Below, piece by piece: positions 9,186 through 18,171 of a stretch of DNA of 64,000 nt; the first letter of the stretch is position 1; each line of letters opens with the position of its first letter. The notes below the pieces were generated by a model. The model saw only the letters and a program-made list of their open reading frames with translations. It searched no databases and was not told where the DNA came from. Location: contig DASSSZ010000005.1 of NCBI GenBank assembly GCA_035708165.1, forward strand, positions 40,719-104,718, written 5' to 3'. This stretch comes from Minisyncoccota bacterium. Its GTDB lineage: Bacteria > Patescibacteriota > Minisyncoccia > Phycocordibacterales > UBA2100. The translations under genes were made by a program, and so were the position numbers.

Positions 9186-9668
9186 ATGAATGCTCCATTT
9201 AATGACCTCCTGTTTTATTTCGTTCTTTTTTGCGCGCAATTTATTCCTTGGATTGTATTCCTGGGGGTTCCTGGGAAAAAAAGAGGAATCTCTCCGTCAC
9301 TTAGATGGATTTGGGCAACCCCGATTGCGGTTCTGACAATATTGGAAGTATTGGCGTATTTGGGATATGAATGGAGCCTCGGGATATTGTGGTTTATTTT
9401 TCCACTCCTTTTTTCCATTCTATCTACTGTAGTCTCATTATCTTATGTCTCACGACCCATTAAAGGACTGCGCCTGGCATTTCCGCTGATACTATTTTTC
9501 CAGGCTCTAGTGGCAATTTTCGCCTTTATCTTTGGTTATCTTGCAGCTGCGTTCTTTACGGGGATTGCATCTGTAATCAGTGGCGGAGCTTTCATGCAAG
9601 GGTTCGGATGGATTGTTCTACTTCCATTTTTATTAACTGGCAATTTTCAGATTAACTTTTGGATGTAA
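9186..9668 (+). CDS. multi-pass membrane protein (4-5 TM), unknown function
   Basis: 160-aa hydrophobic ORF. It is preceded by the repeated promoter-like block gctgcataacttgcttgaagatc...agtacaat. Confidence 0.5.
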   Translation: MNAPFNDLLFYFVLFCAQFIPWIVFLGVPGKKRGISPSLRWIWATPIAVLTILEVLAYLGYEWSLGILWFIFPLLFSILSTVVSLSYVSRPIKGLRLAFPLILFFQALVAIFAFIFGYLAAAFFTGIASVISGGAFMQGFGWIVLLPFLLTGNFQINFWM

Positions 9669-9726
9669 ATAACTCCGGCTCATGGGTGCGGTTTTTGTTT
9701 GAAGATATTTCAGGTCATACAAAACA

Positions 9727-9797
9727 AATAAGAAACACCCGGCTCGTGAGAGCCGGGTGTTGGCTTGAAGAGCGGGCACTAGTGTTTTTCCTGCCAG
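9727..9797. repeat. repeat element R2 with perfect 10-bp stem / GTGA (GNRA) tetraloop hairpin (cacccggctc gtga gagccgggtg) and downstream T5
   Basis: Direct reading. Best-conserved copy of the element. Confidence 0.75.
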
Positions 9798-9882
9798 TAA
9801 CGGTTTCGAACTCATTCGAATTCAGATGCGCTGAAGCTGCATAATTTGCTTGAAGAGCTAAAAAGCACAGTACAATGAGAAC

Positions 9883-10278
9883 ATGTTGAAGAGGGACCCT
9901 AAAGTAATCTTTATATTGCTTGCAGTCATTTCCGCAGCCATTGCGTGCGTCGGGTTACTCGGAATGGACCTCATCGGACCCGCTCTCGTGTACGGGATGG
10001 GTGCCTTGGCGGTCGCATTCATTGCGCTTGCGCTGGTTCCGGGAGCGTTTTCTTGGTGGTGGAAATTCGCAATTTGGTATGTGCCTCTTGCTTGCTATCT
10101 TTTTGTCAGGATTATAGTGAGTGACATAAAACTGAAATCAATACCGATGTGGAATTTTTTTAATCCACCAGCATATATTCAATTTCTCTGGATTGCCGGC
10201 ACGTATTTATTTGTCAGCTGTATCTTAGTGGCCCTTTTCCAGCTATTACACCGGACTGAAGCATCGCACCGGAGCTGA
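9883..10278 (+). CDS. small membrane protein, paralog A2 (AFSWWWKFAIWYVPL motif)
   Basis: 131-aa ORF with clear protein-level similarity to 8602..9078. It is preceded by the same promoter-like block (ttgaag N15 tacaat). Confidence 0.55.
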   Translation: MLKRDPKVIFILLAVISAAIACVGLLGMDLIGPALVYGMGALAVAFIALALVPGAFSWWWKFAIWYVPLACYLFVRIIVSDIKLKSIPMWNFFNPPAYIQFLWIAGTYLFVSCILVALFQLLHRTEASHRS

Positions 10279-10350
10279 ATAAGAAACACCCGGCTCGTGA
10301 GAGTCGGGTGCTAGCTTGAAGAACTGTTCGCTAGGGTTTTTCCTGCCGGG
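10272..10350. repeat. repeat element R3 (hairpin with one G-U wobble)
   Basis: gagctgaataagaaacacccggctcgtgagagtcgggtg...ttttcctgccgggg. It overlaps the 3' ends of the convergent genes 9883..10278(+) and 10331..10768(-). Confidence 0.7.
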
Positions 10351-10768
10351 GAGCGGTTTCGGATGCATTGCGCGAAGAAAGCTTCGCGAGCTGCTCCGGC
10401 AGGCAGCCGATGCAGCCGAAACCCAGCAGGATGGCGATCATTCCAAGTTCGCTGAACTCCCGGCCGGAGAATTGCAGCATGATACCCACTCCGAACAGGT
10501 AATAGCCGAGCCCGACCAGGATCCATATCGTGAAAGCTGCAGTTCTTGCGGGTTCGCTGGCTGGGCTGAGGCGCCCATTGCTCAGCCGGATCCTGCTCGT
10601 GAAGATCATGATCGTGCCCACCAGAACGAAGGCGGAGAGCACGTGCGGGCCGGCTATGGCGACCAGGAGCGGCGAGAGCATCACGAGGACGCAGTTGCCG
10701 AAGAGGGCCGGGAGCTTATGGCGTGCGTACCAGCTGCGAACCGGGACGAACGCGCGGGGTCGGTACAT
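10331..10768 (-). CDS. integral membrane protein (4 TM), unknown function
   Basis: 145-aa ORF with native (high) GC and hydrophobic segments. It is convergent with the island genes. Confidence 0.5.
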   Translation of the reverse strand: MYRPRAFVPVRSWYARHKLPALFGNCVLVMLSPLLVAIAGPHVLSAFVLVGTIMIFTSRIRLSNGRLSPASEPARTAAFTIWILVGLGYYLFGVGIMLQFSGREFSELGMIAILLGFGCIGCLPEQLAKLSSRNASETAPRQEKP

Positions 10769-10883
10769 CAGATACCTCCATGTATGCTGCGGCCGTTATA
10801 GCATCGCTCGCGCAGGTGCACAATCGGCGGCGCGTGCGGCGCGTATCGTATAATGAGGGCAACGCGGCGCAGCGGCTTCATCT

Positions 10884-12617
10884 ATGTACATCAGCGACAC
10901 GCACCTCAAGGAATTCCTCCTCGATGCAGGCCTCGTCTCGAAGCAGGCGTTCGAGGATGCGGGCAGGAAGGCGAAGGAGAACGGCAACTCGATCGGCGAG
11001 GAGCTAGTCTCGGCCGGCGTCATCGGCGAGGACGAGCTGCGCCGCACGCAGGCGTACATCCTCGGCATCCCGTTCGTGAACCTCGCGGGCACGAAGATCG
11101 ATTACGACACGCTCTCTCTCATCCCCGAGCCGGTCGCGCGGCGCAACAACATCATCTCGTACAAGCAGGACGGCGACGACCTGCAGGTGGCGATGCTCAA
11201 TACGGACGACCTCGAGGCCATCGATTTCATCAAGAAGAAGACGCACCTCAAGATACAGCCGCGCCTCACGGATGTGGCCTCCATCAAGTACGCGCTCAAG
11301 CTCTACCAGCAATCGCTCAAGGACAATCTCGGCGAGGTCATCCGCAAGGAGACGGAGGCGATGGCGCAGATGCCGGACGGCGAGGAGGATCCGCGCAAGC
11401 TCGCAGAAGGCCTGCCGGCCGTGCGCGTGGTGGATACGCTGCTGCGCCATGCGATCGCGCAGAATGCATCGGATATCCATATCGAGCCGCAGGAGGAGAC
11501 ACTGATCATCCGCTACCGCATCGACGGGCTCCTGCATGATGCGATGATCCTGCCGAAGACGGCGCACGCCGGCATCGTGGCGCGCATCAAGGTCCTCACG
11601 AACCTGCGTCTCGACGAGAAGCGTCTCCCGCAGGATGGCCGCTTCGCGATCGAGGAGGCGGGGGAGCGTGTCTCATTCCGCGTTTCGATCCTGCCCACTT
11701 ACTACGGCGAGAAGATCGTGATCCGCATCCTGCGCGAGCGGCAGAGCGGCTTCACGCTCGAGAAGCTTGGCTTCCATGGCGACGCGCTCGAGCAGATCCA
11801 CGACGCGATGCGCCGCACGACGGGCCTCATCCTCACCACCGGCCCGACAGGCGCCGGAAAGTCCACCACGCTCTACACGCTGCTCGACCTCCTGAATACG
11901 CCGGATGTGAACATCTCCACGGTGGAAGACCCGATCGAGTACCAGATGCAGCGCATCAATCAGACGCAGGTCCAGCCGGATATCGGCTTCACATTCGCTT
12001 CCGGCCTGCGCAGCCTGGTGCGCCAGGACCCGGACATCATCATGGTGGGCGAGATCCGCGACGGCGAGACGGCCGCGCTCGCCATCAATGCCGCGCTCAC
12101 CGGCCACCTCGTGCTCTCCACGCTCCATACCAATAGCGCCGCTGGCGCCATCCCGCGCCTGATCGACATGGGCATCGAGCCGTTCCTCCTCGCCTCGACC
12201 TTGCGGGTGATCATCGGCCAGCGTCTCGTGCGCAAGCTCTGCGATGACAAGGCGGAGCGCCCGCTCACGCGCGATGAGACGAGCCGCCTCGAAGAGGCGT
12301 TCGATCTCGGCGTCGTCCTCAATGCCCTCAAGGAAGAGAAGGTCGTGGGCAAGGAAACGACCTGGAAGAACGTGCCCTTCTTCGGCCCGGCCGAGAACGG
12401 CAAGTGCCCGGACGGCTATTCCGGCCGCGAAGGCATCTACGAGGTGCTGAACGTGACGGAAGACATCAAGACGCAGATCACCGGCGGCGCGACGTCCGAT
12501 GACATCGCGGCGACGGCCAAGCAGCATGGCATGCTCACCATGGGCGAGGACGGCATCTTCAAGGCAGCACAGGGGATCACGACGATCGAGGAAGTGCTTC
12601 GTGTCATCAGCGAGTAG
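10884..12617 (+). CDS. pilB: type IV pilus / type II secretion assembly ATPase PilB/GspE family
   Basis: Walker A GPTGAGKSTTLY, Asp box and His box are present. A C-terminal tetracysteine motif is CDDK...C..C. An N-terminal GspE_N-like domain is present. Length is 577 aa. Confidence 0.95.
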   Translation: MYISDTHLKEFLLDAGLVSKQAFEDAGRKAKENGNSIGEELVSAGVIGEDELRRTQAYILGIPFVNLAGTKIDYDTLSLIPEPVARRNNIISYKQDGDDLQVAMLNTDDLEAIDFIKKKTHLKIQPRLTDVASIKYALKLYQQSLKDNLGEVIRKETEAMAQMPDGEEDPRKLAEGLPAVRVVDTLLRHAIAQNASDIHIEPQEETLIIRYRIDGLLHDAMILPKTAHAGIVARIKVLTNLRLDEKRLPQDGRFAIEEAGERVSFRVSILPTYYGEKIVIRILRERQSGFTLEKLGFHGDALEQIHDAMRRTTGLILTTGPTGAGKSTTLYTLLDLLNTPDVNISTVEDPIEYQMQRINQTQVQPDIGFTFASGLRSLVRQDPDIIMVGEIRDGETAALAINAALTGHLVLSTLHTNSAAGAIPRLIDMGIEPFLLASTLRVIIGQRLVRKLCDDKAERPLTRDETSRLEEAFDLGVVLNALKEEKVVGKETTWKNVPFFGPAENGKCPDGYSGREGIYEVLNVTEDIKTQITGGATSDDIAATAKQHGMLTMGEDGIFKAAQGITTIEEVLRVISE

Positions 12618-12718
12618 CAGTAGGCGCTTGCTGATCCTCTCTCGCCAATCATCCCATCCCATCCGCATCCACACGCCGTGCGTCTCGCTCGCACAGCGTA
12701 CGCGTATACTGGTAAGGA

Positions 12719-13936
12719 ATGACGCAGTACCGCTACACGGCGCAGAAGATGGGCGGGGAGACCTACACCGGCGCAGCGGAAGCGCCGGATCGCTTCGCGC
12801 TCTATGAGATGATCCGCCGCGAGGGCGGGAAGGTCGTCTCGGTGGAAGAGGACAGCACGAGCAAGAAGCTCTCCTTCGCGTACTGGAACGCGAAGATCGC
12901 CACCGTTCCCGAGCGGGAGAAGATCCTCTTCGCGCGCAATCTCGCGGCGATGCTGAAGGCAGGCCTCGCGCTCTCCCGCGCGCTCTCAGTGATCGAGCGG
13001 CAGACCAGGCAGGCGAAGTTCGCGAGCGTGCTCGCGCAGATCGGCAGCGAAGTGCGCCGCGGCACCTCGTTCCATGACGCGCTCGCGCAGTACCCGCACG
13101 TCTTCTCGCGCATCTTCATCGCGATGGTGAAGGCGGGCGAGGAGAGCGGCAACCTGCCCGGCTCGCTCGTCACCATCAGCGATCAGATGAACGAGTCGTA
13201 TACGCTCAAGAAGAAGGTGCGGAGCGCGATGATCTATCCCACCATCATCATCGTGGCGATCATCGGCATCGGTGCTGTGCTCCTCACGACCGTGGTGCCG
13301 ACATTGGCCGAGACCTTCAAGGAGCTCGGCGCTCAGCTGCCTGCGACGACGCAGTTCGTCATCAATCTCTCTGATTTCCTCGTGGAGAACACGCTGCTCG
13401 CGCTCGCCATCGCGATCATCGTCATCGTCGGGTTCATGGCGGGCCTGCGCACGACGATCGGCAAGCGGCTCTCGGCCCAGGTCGCCGTGCACATGCCGCT
13501 CATCGGTCCGGTCGTGAAGGAGGTGAACGCGGCGCGCACCGCCCGCACGCTCGGGAGCCTCCTGCACTCGAGCGTGGACATGCTGGCGGCCCTCGAGATC
13601 ACGACGGAGGTCGTGCAGAACCCGCTCTTCCAGGATGTCTTGCGCGAGGCGCATGAGGCTGTCGCCAAGGGCGATCAGCTGCCCGCTGTCTTCATGCGCC
13701 ATGAGAACCTCTATCCGCCGCTCGTCGGCGAGATGCTCTCGGTCGGCGTCGAGACGGGTCAGCTCTCGGAGATGCTGACGCGGCTCGCGGAGATCTACGA
13801 GGAGAGTGTCTCGACGACGACGAAAGACATGTCGACCATCATCGAGCCGTTCCTCATGCTCATCATCGGCAGCGCCGTCGGCTTCTTCGCGGTGGCCATG
13901 ATCAGCCCGATCTACTCGCTCTCGAGCGCGATCTAG
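12719..13936 (+). CDS. pilC: type IV pilus platform protein PilC/GspF family
   Basis: Two T2SS-F repeats flank three TM helices. It lies immediately downstream of pilB, preceded by RBS aagga and a TATACT -10. Confidence 0.9.
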   Translation: MTQYRYTAQKMGGETYTGAAEAPDRFALYEMIRREGGKVVSVEEDSTSKKLSFAYWNAKIATVPEREKILFARNLAAMLKAGLALSRALSVIERQTRQAKFASVLAQIGSEVRRGTSFHDALAQYPHVFSRIFIAMVKAGEESGNLPGSLVTISDQMNESYTLKKKVRSAMIYPTIIIVAIIGIGAVLLTTVVPTLAETFKELGAQLPATTQFVINLSDFLVENTLLALAIAIIVIVGFMAGLRTTIGKRLSAQVAVHMPLIGPVVKEVNAARTARTLGSLLHSSVDMLAALEITTEVVQNPLFQDVLREAHEAVAKGDQLPAVFMRHENLYPPLVGEMLSVGVETGQLSEMLTRLAEIYEESVSTTTKDMSTIIEPFLMLIIGSAVGFFAVAMISPIYSLSSAI

Positions 13937-13956
13937 CCTGTGCGGCGCAAAGAAAG

Positions 13957-13989
13957 GGCCCCTCGCGAATGCGAGGGGTCGTTTGTTTC
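13957..13989. terminator. rho-independent terminator (ggcccctcgc gaat gcgaggggtc + gtttgtttc)
   Basis: Perfect 8-9 bp GC stem followed by a T-rich tract. It sits between convergent pilC(+) and 13988..14251(-). Confidence 0.7.
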
Positions 13990-14251
13990 AGGCGAGCCGG
14001 AGCTCGTGGTGCCCGGCTGTGGTCGGGCCGATAAGGAGCGGATGCGCGAGGATCTCGCATCCGTCGCGCGAGGCCCGCACGAGTACGCGCGAGGCATCGC
14101 CCGGCATCGGCTCGATCTGCACGAGATCGCCCGGGCGCACGTCCGCGCCCGCCTTCGGCGGCACGCGGAAGCCGCCGCCATCTGCGAAGCACGCGAACGC
14201 GATCCCGCTCGGGCGCGTGTGCACCTCTGCGACCGTGGTCCGATAGCGCAT
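13988..14251 (-). CDS. small protein, possibly cupin-like (tentative)
   Basis: 87-aa ORF convergent with pilC, separated from it by a bidirectional terminator. The motif RPGDLVQIEPMPGD is weakly cupin-like. Confidence 0.3.
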   Translation of the reverse strand: MRYRTTVAEVHTRPSGIAFACFADGGGFRVPPKAGADVRPGDLVQIEPMPGDASRVLVRASRDGCEILAHPLLIGPTTAGHHELRLA

Positions 14252-14344
14252 GAAGCTTCTCCTGTGGTAGTGCTAACCGGCGCGAGCGTACCATAGCGGC
14301 CGCACGCGCCGCAAGCCTTCGCCGGAGTCCGGTACAATAGGCGC

Positions 14345-16063
14345 ATGCAACGCTCTGCCCGTGCGCGCGGCGTCACGCTCATCGACACGCTGATCGGGAT
14401 CGCGCTCATGCTCGTGGTCTTTGCCGGCATCTCGGAAGTGTTCGTCATCTCCATTGATGTCGTGACGAACGCGAAGGCGCGCATCGGAGCCCTCGCTCTC
14501 GCGAACGATCGCATGGAGTACCTGCGCAGCCTCGCGTATCTTTCTGTCGGCACGGAAGGCGGTATCCCTGCAGGGAACGTGCCGCAGGACGAGACGATCG
14601 AGCTCAATGGCGTCACCTACCTGCGCCATGCCTTCATCCGCTACGTGGACCTGCCGCAGGACGGGACCGGCGCTGCCGATGAGAACGGCATCACTGAGGA
14701 TGCGAAGCAGGCCGAGGTGACCGTCTCATGGGATGATCACGGGCGCGCCCGCTCGATGACGCTCACCTCGCTCTTCGCGCCGCCGGGCATGGAATCCACA
14801 GTGCCCGGCGGCACGCTCGAGATCGTCATCACCGATGCCTCCTCGACCCCGCTTCCCGGCGCCTCGGTGCATATCGTGAACGCAAGCACGACTCCCGCGA
14901 TCGACCTCGTTGCGGCGAGCGATGCGGATGGGGAGGTCGAGCTGCCCGGCGCGCCGGCATCGAGCGGGTACGATATCACGGTCGCGAAGGATGGTTACAG
15001 CTCGGCGCAGACCTATGCGGCATCCGCCGCATTGCCGAACCCGAGTCCGGGGGCGCTGACGGTCGCGCAAGGGAAGACCACGAGCGCGACGTTCGTCATC
15101 GACCGTACCGGCACGCTGACGATCCATACATACAAGCAGATAGCCGCGGAGAGCTGGGAGGATTCGTTCGCCGATGATTCCGGCGTCGCCACCTCGAGCG
15201 GTATGGCGATCGGGGATGGCGTCGTCACGCTCGCGTCCGGCACGGCGGCGGGATCGCTCACTGCCAAGGCCGTCGCGCCTGCGCACCTTGCCGGCTGGAC
15301 GAGCGCATCGTGGGAGGATACGCAGCCCGCCGGCACTGCGATCCGCTACCACCTGTACGCCGGCTCGACGCTCGTGCCGGACTCCGTGCTGCCCGGGAAT
15401 GTCTCCGGCTTCGCAGCCTCGCCGATCGACCTCTCCGGCATCGCGACGAGCACGTACCCCTCGCTCGCGCTCGCCGCGGATTTCACCGGCAGCACGACGA
15501 CATCGCCCTCGCTCACGCATTGGCAGATCGCGTACGAGGAAGGGCCGGACCCGCTGCCGGATATCGGCTATACGCTCACCGGCGAAAAGACGATCGGCCT
15601 CGATGCGGATGGCGCGGCCGTGGCCAAGTACAGCCGTTCGGCCGCGACCGATGCCGCCGGGACCGACGAGCTCGATCAGATGGAGTTCGATACGTACGAC
15701 CTCGCGGTTACGGCGACTGGCACGTACGACGTCGCGGAATCCTGCCCGCCGACGCCGTTCGCGCTTACGCCGGGAGCCGCGCTCGATGCTGCGGTCTACC
15801 TTGCGGACCATACGGCGGACTCGCTCCTCGTGGATGTGCGCGGGAGCAGCGGCGTGCTCCTGCCGGGCGTCGCGCTCACGCTCACGCAGGGCGCTTCGCA
15901 ATGGACGGCGACGACGGATAGCTGCGGCCAGGCGTTCTTCCCGGGGATTCCTGCGGGAAGCGCGTACGGGATCGTTGCGGCCGCGAGCGGGTACCAGCAG
16001 TATACGGAGAGCGGCATCACGGTCGGCAGCGGCTCGCGCCTCTCGATCGTACTCAGCCAATGA
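14345..16063 (+). CDS. large type IV pilin-like protein (prepilin-type N-terminus) with two carboxypeptidase-regulatory-like (prealbumin-fold) domains
   Basis: N-terminus RG|VTLIDTLIGIALMLVVFAG is a GFTLIE-variant. Two segments resemble CarbopepD_reg domains: PGASVHIVNASTTP...DADGEVELPG...GYDITVAKDGY and GVALTLTQGASQWTATTDSCGQAFFPGIPAGSAYGIVAAASGY. A TACAAT -10 lies upstream. Confidence 0.65.
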   Translation: MQRSARARGVTLIDTLIGIALMLVVFAGISEVFVISIDVVTNAKARIGALALANDRMEYLRSLAYLSVGTEGGIPAGNVPQDETIELNGVTYLRHAFIRYVDLPQDGTGAADENGITEDAKQAEVTVSWDDHGRARSMTLTSLFAPPGMESTVPGGTLEIVITDASSTPLPGASVHIVNASTTPAIDLVAASDADGEVELPGAPASSGYDITVAKDGYSSAQTYAASAALPNPSPGALTVAQGKTTSATFVIDRTGTLTIHTYKQIAAESWEDSFADDSGVATSSGMAIGDGVVTLASGTAAGSLTAKAVAPAHLAGWTSASWEDTQPAGTAIRYHLYAGSTLVPDSVLPGNVSGFAASPIDLSGIATSTYPSLALAADFTGSTTTSPSLTHWQIAYEEGPDPLPDIGYTLTGEKTIGLDADGAAVAKYSRSAATDAAGTDELDQMEFDTYDLAVTATGTYDVAESCPPTPFALTPGAALDAAVYLADHTADSLLVDVRGSSGVLLPGVALTLTQGASQWTATTDSCGQAFFPGIPAGSAYGIVAAASGYQQYTESGITVGSGSRLSIVLSQ

Positions 16064-16680
16064 CCACGCATGCTATGACGAGAAACGCAGGATGGAGAAG
16101 ACGGGGCATGACGTTCATCGAAGCGATCGTCTGGGTCGCGATCTTCACGATGGCGATGGTCGCCATCACGGAGACGCTCATCAGCTTCTACCGCGCCAAC
16201 GCCTATACGCTCGAACAGGGCGCGGCAGTCGAGAGCGCCCGTGCCGGTATCACCGCCACCGTCAAGGAGATCCGCGAAGCGCAGTACGGTAGCGACGGCG
16301 CATACCCGATCGTTTCGATCGCGCCGGATTCCTTCTCCTTCTACAGCGACGTGAATGACGATCCGTACGTCGAGGAGGTGACCTATACGCTCGACGGCAC
16401 GAACTTCGTGCGCGGCGTCCTCTCTCCTTCGGGCGATCCGCTCGCGTACGCGGGCACAGCTGCGACCAGCACGGTCTCCGATAACGTGCGCAATGCCGCG
16501 CAGGGCGTGAACGTCTTCACCTACTACGATAAGAATGGCAACGTGATCACCGATTACAGCAAGACGACGGATGTGCGCTACGTAGTGATCGACCTCGTGG
16601 TGAACGTGAACCCGTCGCGTGCGCCGCACGACCTCACGCTCGAGAGCAGCGCAGCGCTGCGCAACCTGGTCGCGCGATGA
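16060..16680 (+). CDS. type IV pilin / pseudopilin (minor-pilin-like)
   Basis: N-terminus RRG|MTFIEAIVWVAIFTMAMVA is a canonical prepilin peptidase site with Glu at +5. It overlaps the upstream gene by 4 nt (ATGA). Confidence 0.75.
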   Translation: MTTHAMTRNAGWRRRGMTFIEAIVWVAIFTMAMVAITETLISFYRANAYTLEQGAAVESARAGITATVKEIREAQYGSDGAYPIVSIAPDSFSFYSDVNDDPYVEEVTYTLDGTNFVRGVLSPSGDPLAYAGTAATSTVSDNVRNAAQGVNVFTYYDKNGNVITDYSKTTDVRYVVIDLVVNVNPSRAPHDLTLESSAALRNLVAR

Positions 16681-18116
16681 TGCGGTACGCTATGGCTATG
16701 CACGGACGGCGCACGCAGCGATCGGGCATCACGGTGATCCTCGTCCTCGTCTTCATGGGGATCTTCATGCTCCTCCTTTCCGGCATCGCGGGATACGTCT
16801 TCGTGGAATCGAAGGTCACGCGCGCGACGTACGTGCGCGAAGAGGCGTTCCAGATCGCCGAGAGCGGGCTCGAGTACTACCGCTGGTTCCTCGCGCACGA
16901 CCCGGGCGACCTCACGGACGGGACCGGCGGGGCTGGGCCGTACGTGCACGACGCGAAGGACGCGGACGGCGGCACTATCGGGAACTATGCGCTCACGATC
17001 AGCGGGAATCTCTCCTGCGGCGTGCTGCAATCCGTCGATATCGTCTCGAAGGGAACGTCCGCGGACGATCCCACGTTCACCCGCACGGTCGAGGCGCGCT
17101 ACGCGAAGCCGTCCGTAGCCGAGTACGCCTACATCATCAATGACAGCGTCTGGGCAGGCGACGACCGCCGGATCACCGGGCCGTACCACGCCAACGGCGG
17201 CATCCGCATGGATGGCACGAACAATTCGACGGTCGAGAGCTCCGTCGCCAGCTGGACCTGCACGAGCGCTTTCGGGTGCGATAGCAGCACCGAAGAGCCC
17301 GGCGTGTTCGGCACTGGCAGCGGATCGAAGTACTGGCAGTACCCGGTGCCGCAGATCGACTTCACCGGCATCGCGACGGATTTCCCCACGCTGAAGTCGC
17401 TCGCCCAGGCACAGGGGCTCTACTTCCCCTCGGTCGGCGGCGGGGATCAGGAGGGCTACCATCTCGTTTTCAATAGCGACAACACGGTCGATGTCTATAA
17501 GGTGACGCGCACGGCCTACATCTCGGCGACGGATATCACCGGGAATTCCAAGCGCGACTACGATACGATCAGGAACCAGACCTGGCTCGGTACGTACAGC
17601 ATCCCCGCGGGCTGCCCGGTCATCTTCGTCGAGGATAAGGCGTGGATCGAAGGAACGATCGCGAGCAAGGTCACGCTCATCGCCGACGACCCCGGCAGCT
17701 ACGCGCCGGAGATCCTGCTCTCGGACGATATCGACTATACGAAAGATGACGGTACGGTCGGCCTCACGGCGATCGCGGAAGGCGACATCCGCGTGCCGTA
17801 CGGGTCGCCGTACGACATGACCGTCCGCGGCATCTTCGTCGCGCAGACCGGCTACTTCGGCCGCGATAGCTACGGCACGGGCGACCACCAGGGGACGCTC
17901 ACGATGACCGGCTCGATCGTCAGCAACCAGCGCGTAGGGACCAAGTGGAGCTATGAATCCTGTAACTGGTGGGGGCAGTGCACCGAGACCGGCTGGTCAG
18001 GATACGATACGCGCGTCAACGCCTACGATCGCGCGCTCGCGAACGATCCGCCGCCGTTCACGCCGGCCGCAAGCCAGGATTCCGCGTTCGTCGTCTGGAA
18101 GGAGGACGTGCGGTAG
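16677..18116 (+). CDS. PilX-like large minor pilin
   Basis: N-terminal RSGITVILVLVFMGIFMLLLSG hydrophobic segment is followed by EEAFQIAESGLEY, resembling the PilX N-terminal domain. It overlaps the upstream gene by 4 nt. Confidence 0.55.
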   Translation: MMRYAMAMHGRRTQRSGITVILVLVFMGIFMLLLSGIAGYVFVESKVTRATYVREEAFQIAESGLEYYRWFLAHDPGDLTDGTGGAGPYVHDAKDADGGTIGNYALTISGNLSCGVLQSVDIVSKGTSADDPTFTRTVEARYAKPSVAEYAYIINDSVWAGDDRRITGPYHANGGIRMDGTNNSTVESSVASWTCTSAFGCDSSTEEPGVFGTGSGSKYWQYPVPQIDFTGIATDFPTLKSLAQAQGLYFPSVGGGDQEGYHLVFNSDNTVDVYKVTRTAYISATDITGNSKRDYDTIRNQTWLGTYSIPAGCPVIFVEDKAWIEGTIASKVTLIADDPGSYAPEILLSDDIDYTKDDGTVGLTAIAEGDIRVPYGSPYDMTVRGIFVAQTGYFGRDSYGTGDHQGTLTMTGSIVSNQRVGTKWSYESCNWWGQCTETGWSGYDTRVNAYDRALANDPPPFTPAASQDSAFVVWKEDVR

Positions 18117-18171
18117 GCGGGAATCGCCGCCTCCCGCAGCGGCGTTCCTGATGTGCTACAATCGCACTATC

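Noticed and set aside
8602-10278. Considering the low-GC paralog island as an insertion sequence
   Set aside because: No transposase-like ORF, no terminal inverted repeats bounding the whole island, and no target-site duplication were recognised. The repeats are internal to the array, not terminal.
10853-12674. Alternative-frame ORFs over pilB (10853..11539 +, 11004..11567 -, 11673..12674 -)
   Set aside because: pilB frame is unambiguous (Walker motifs). The others are shadow ORFs.
14726-17888. Long minus-strand ORFs 14726..16060 (444 aa) and 16578..17888 (436 aa) and plus-frame 15174..16292
   Set aside because: They are antisense or out of frame to the prepilin-type genes, which show canonical N-termini and ATGA coupling. 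Extreme R/G/D composition.
17953-18171. 5' extension of tpiA ORF (track start 17953)
   Set aside because: The extension is R/S/P-rich and overlaps the PilX-like gene end. A canonical TIM N-terminus starts at 18172 with an extended -10 just upstream.
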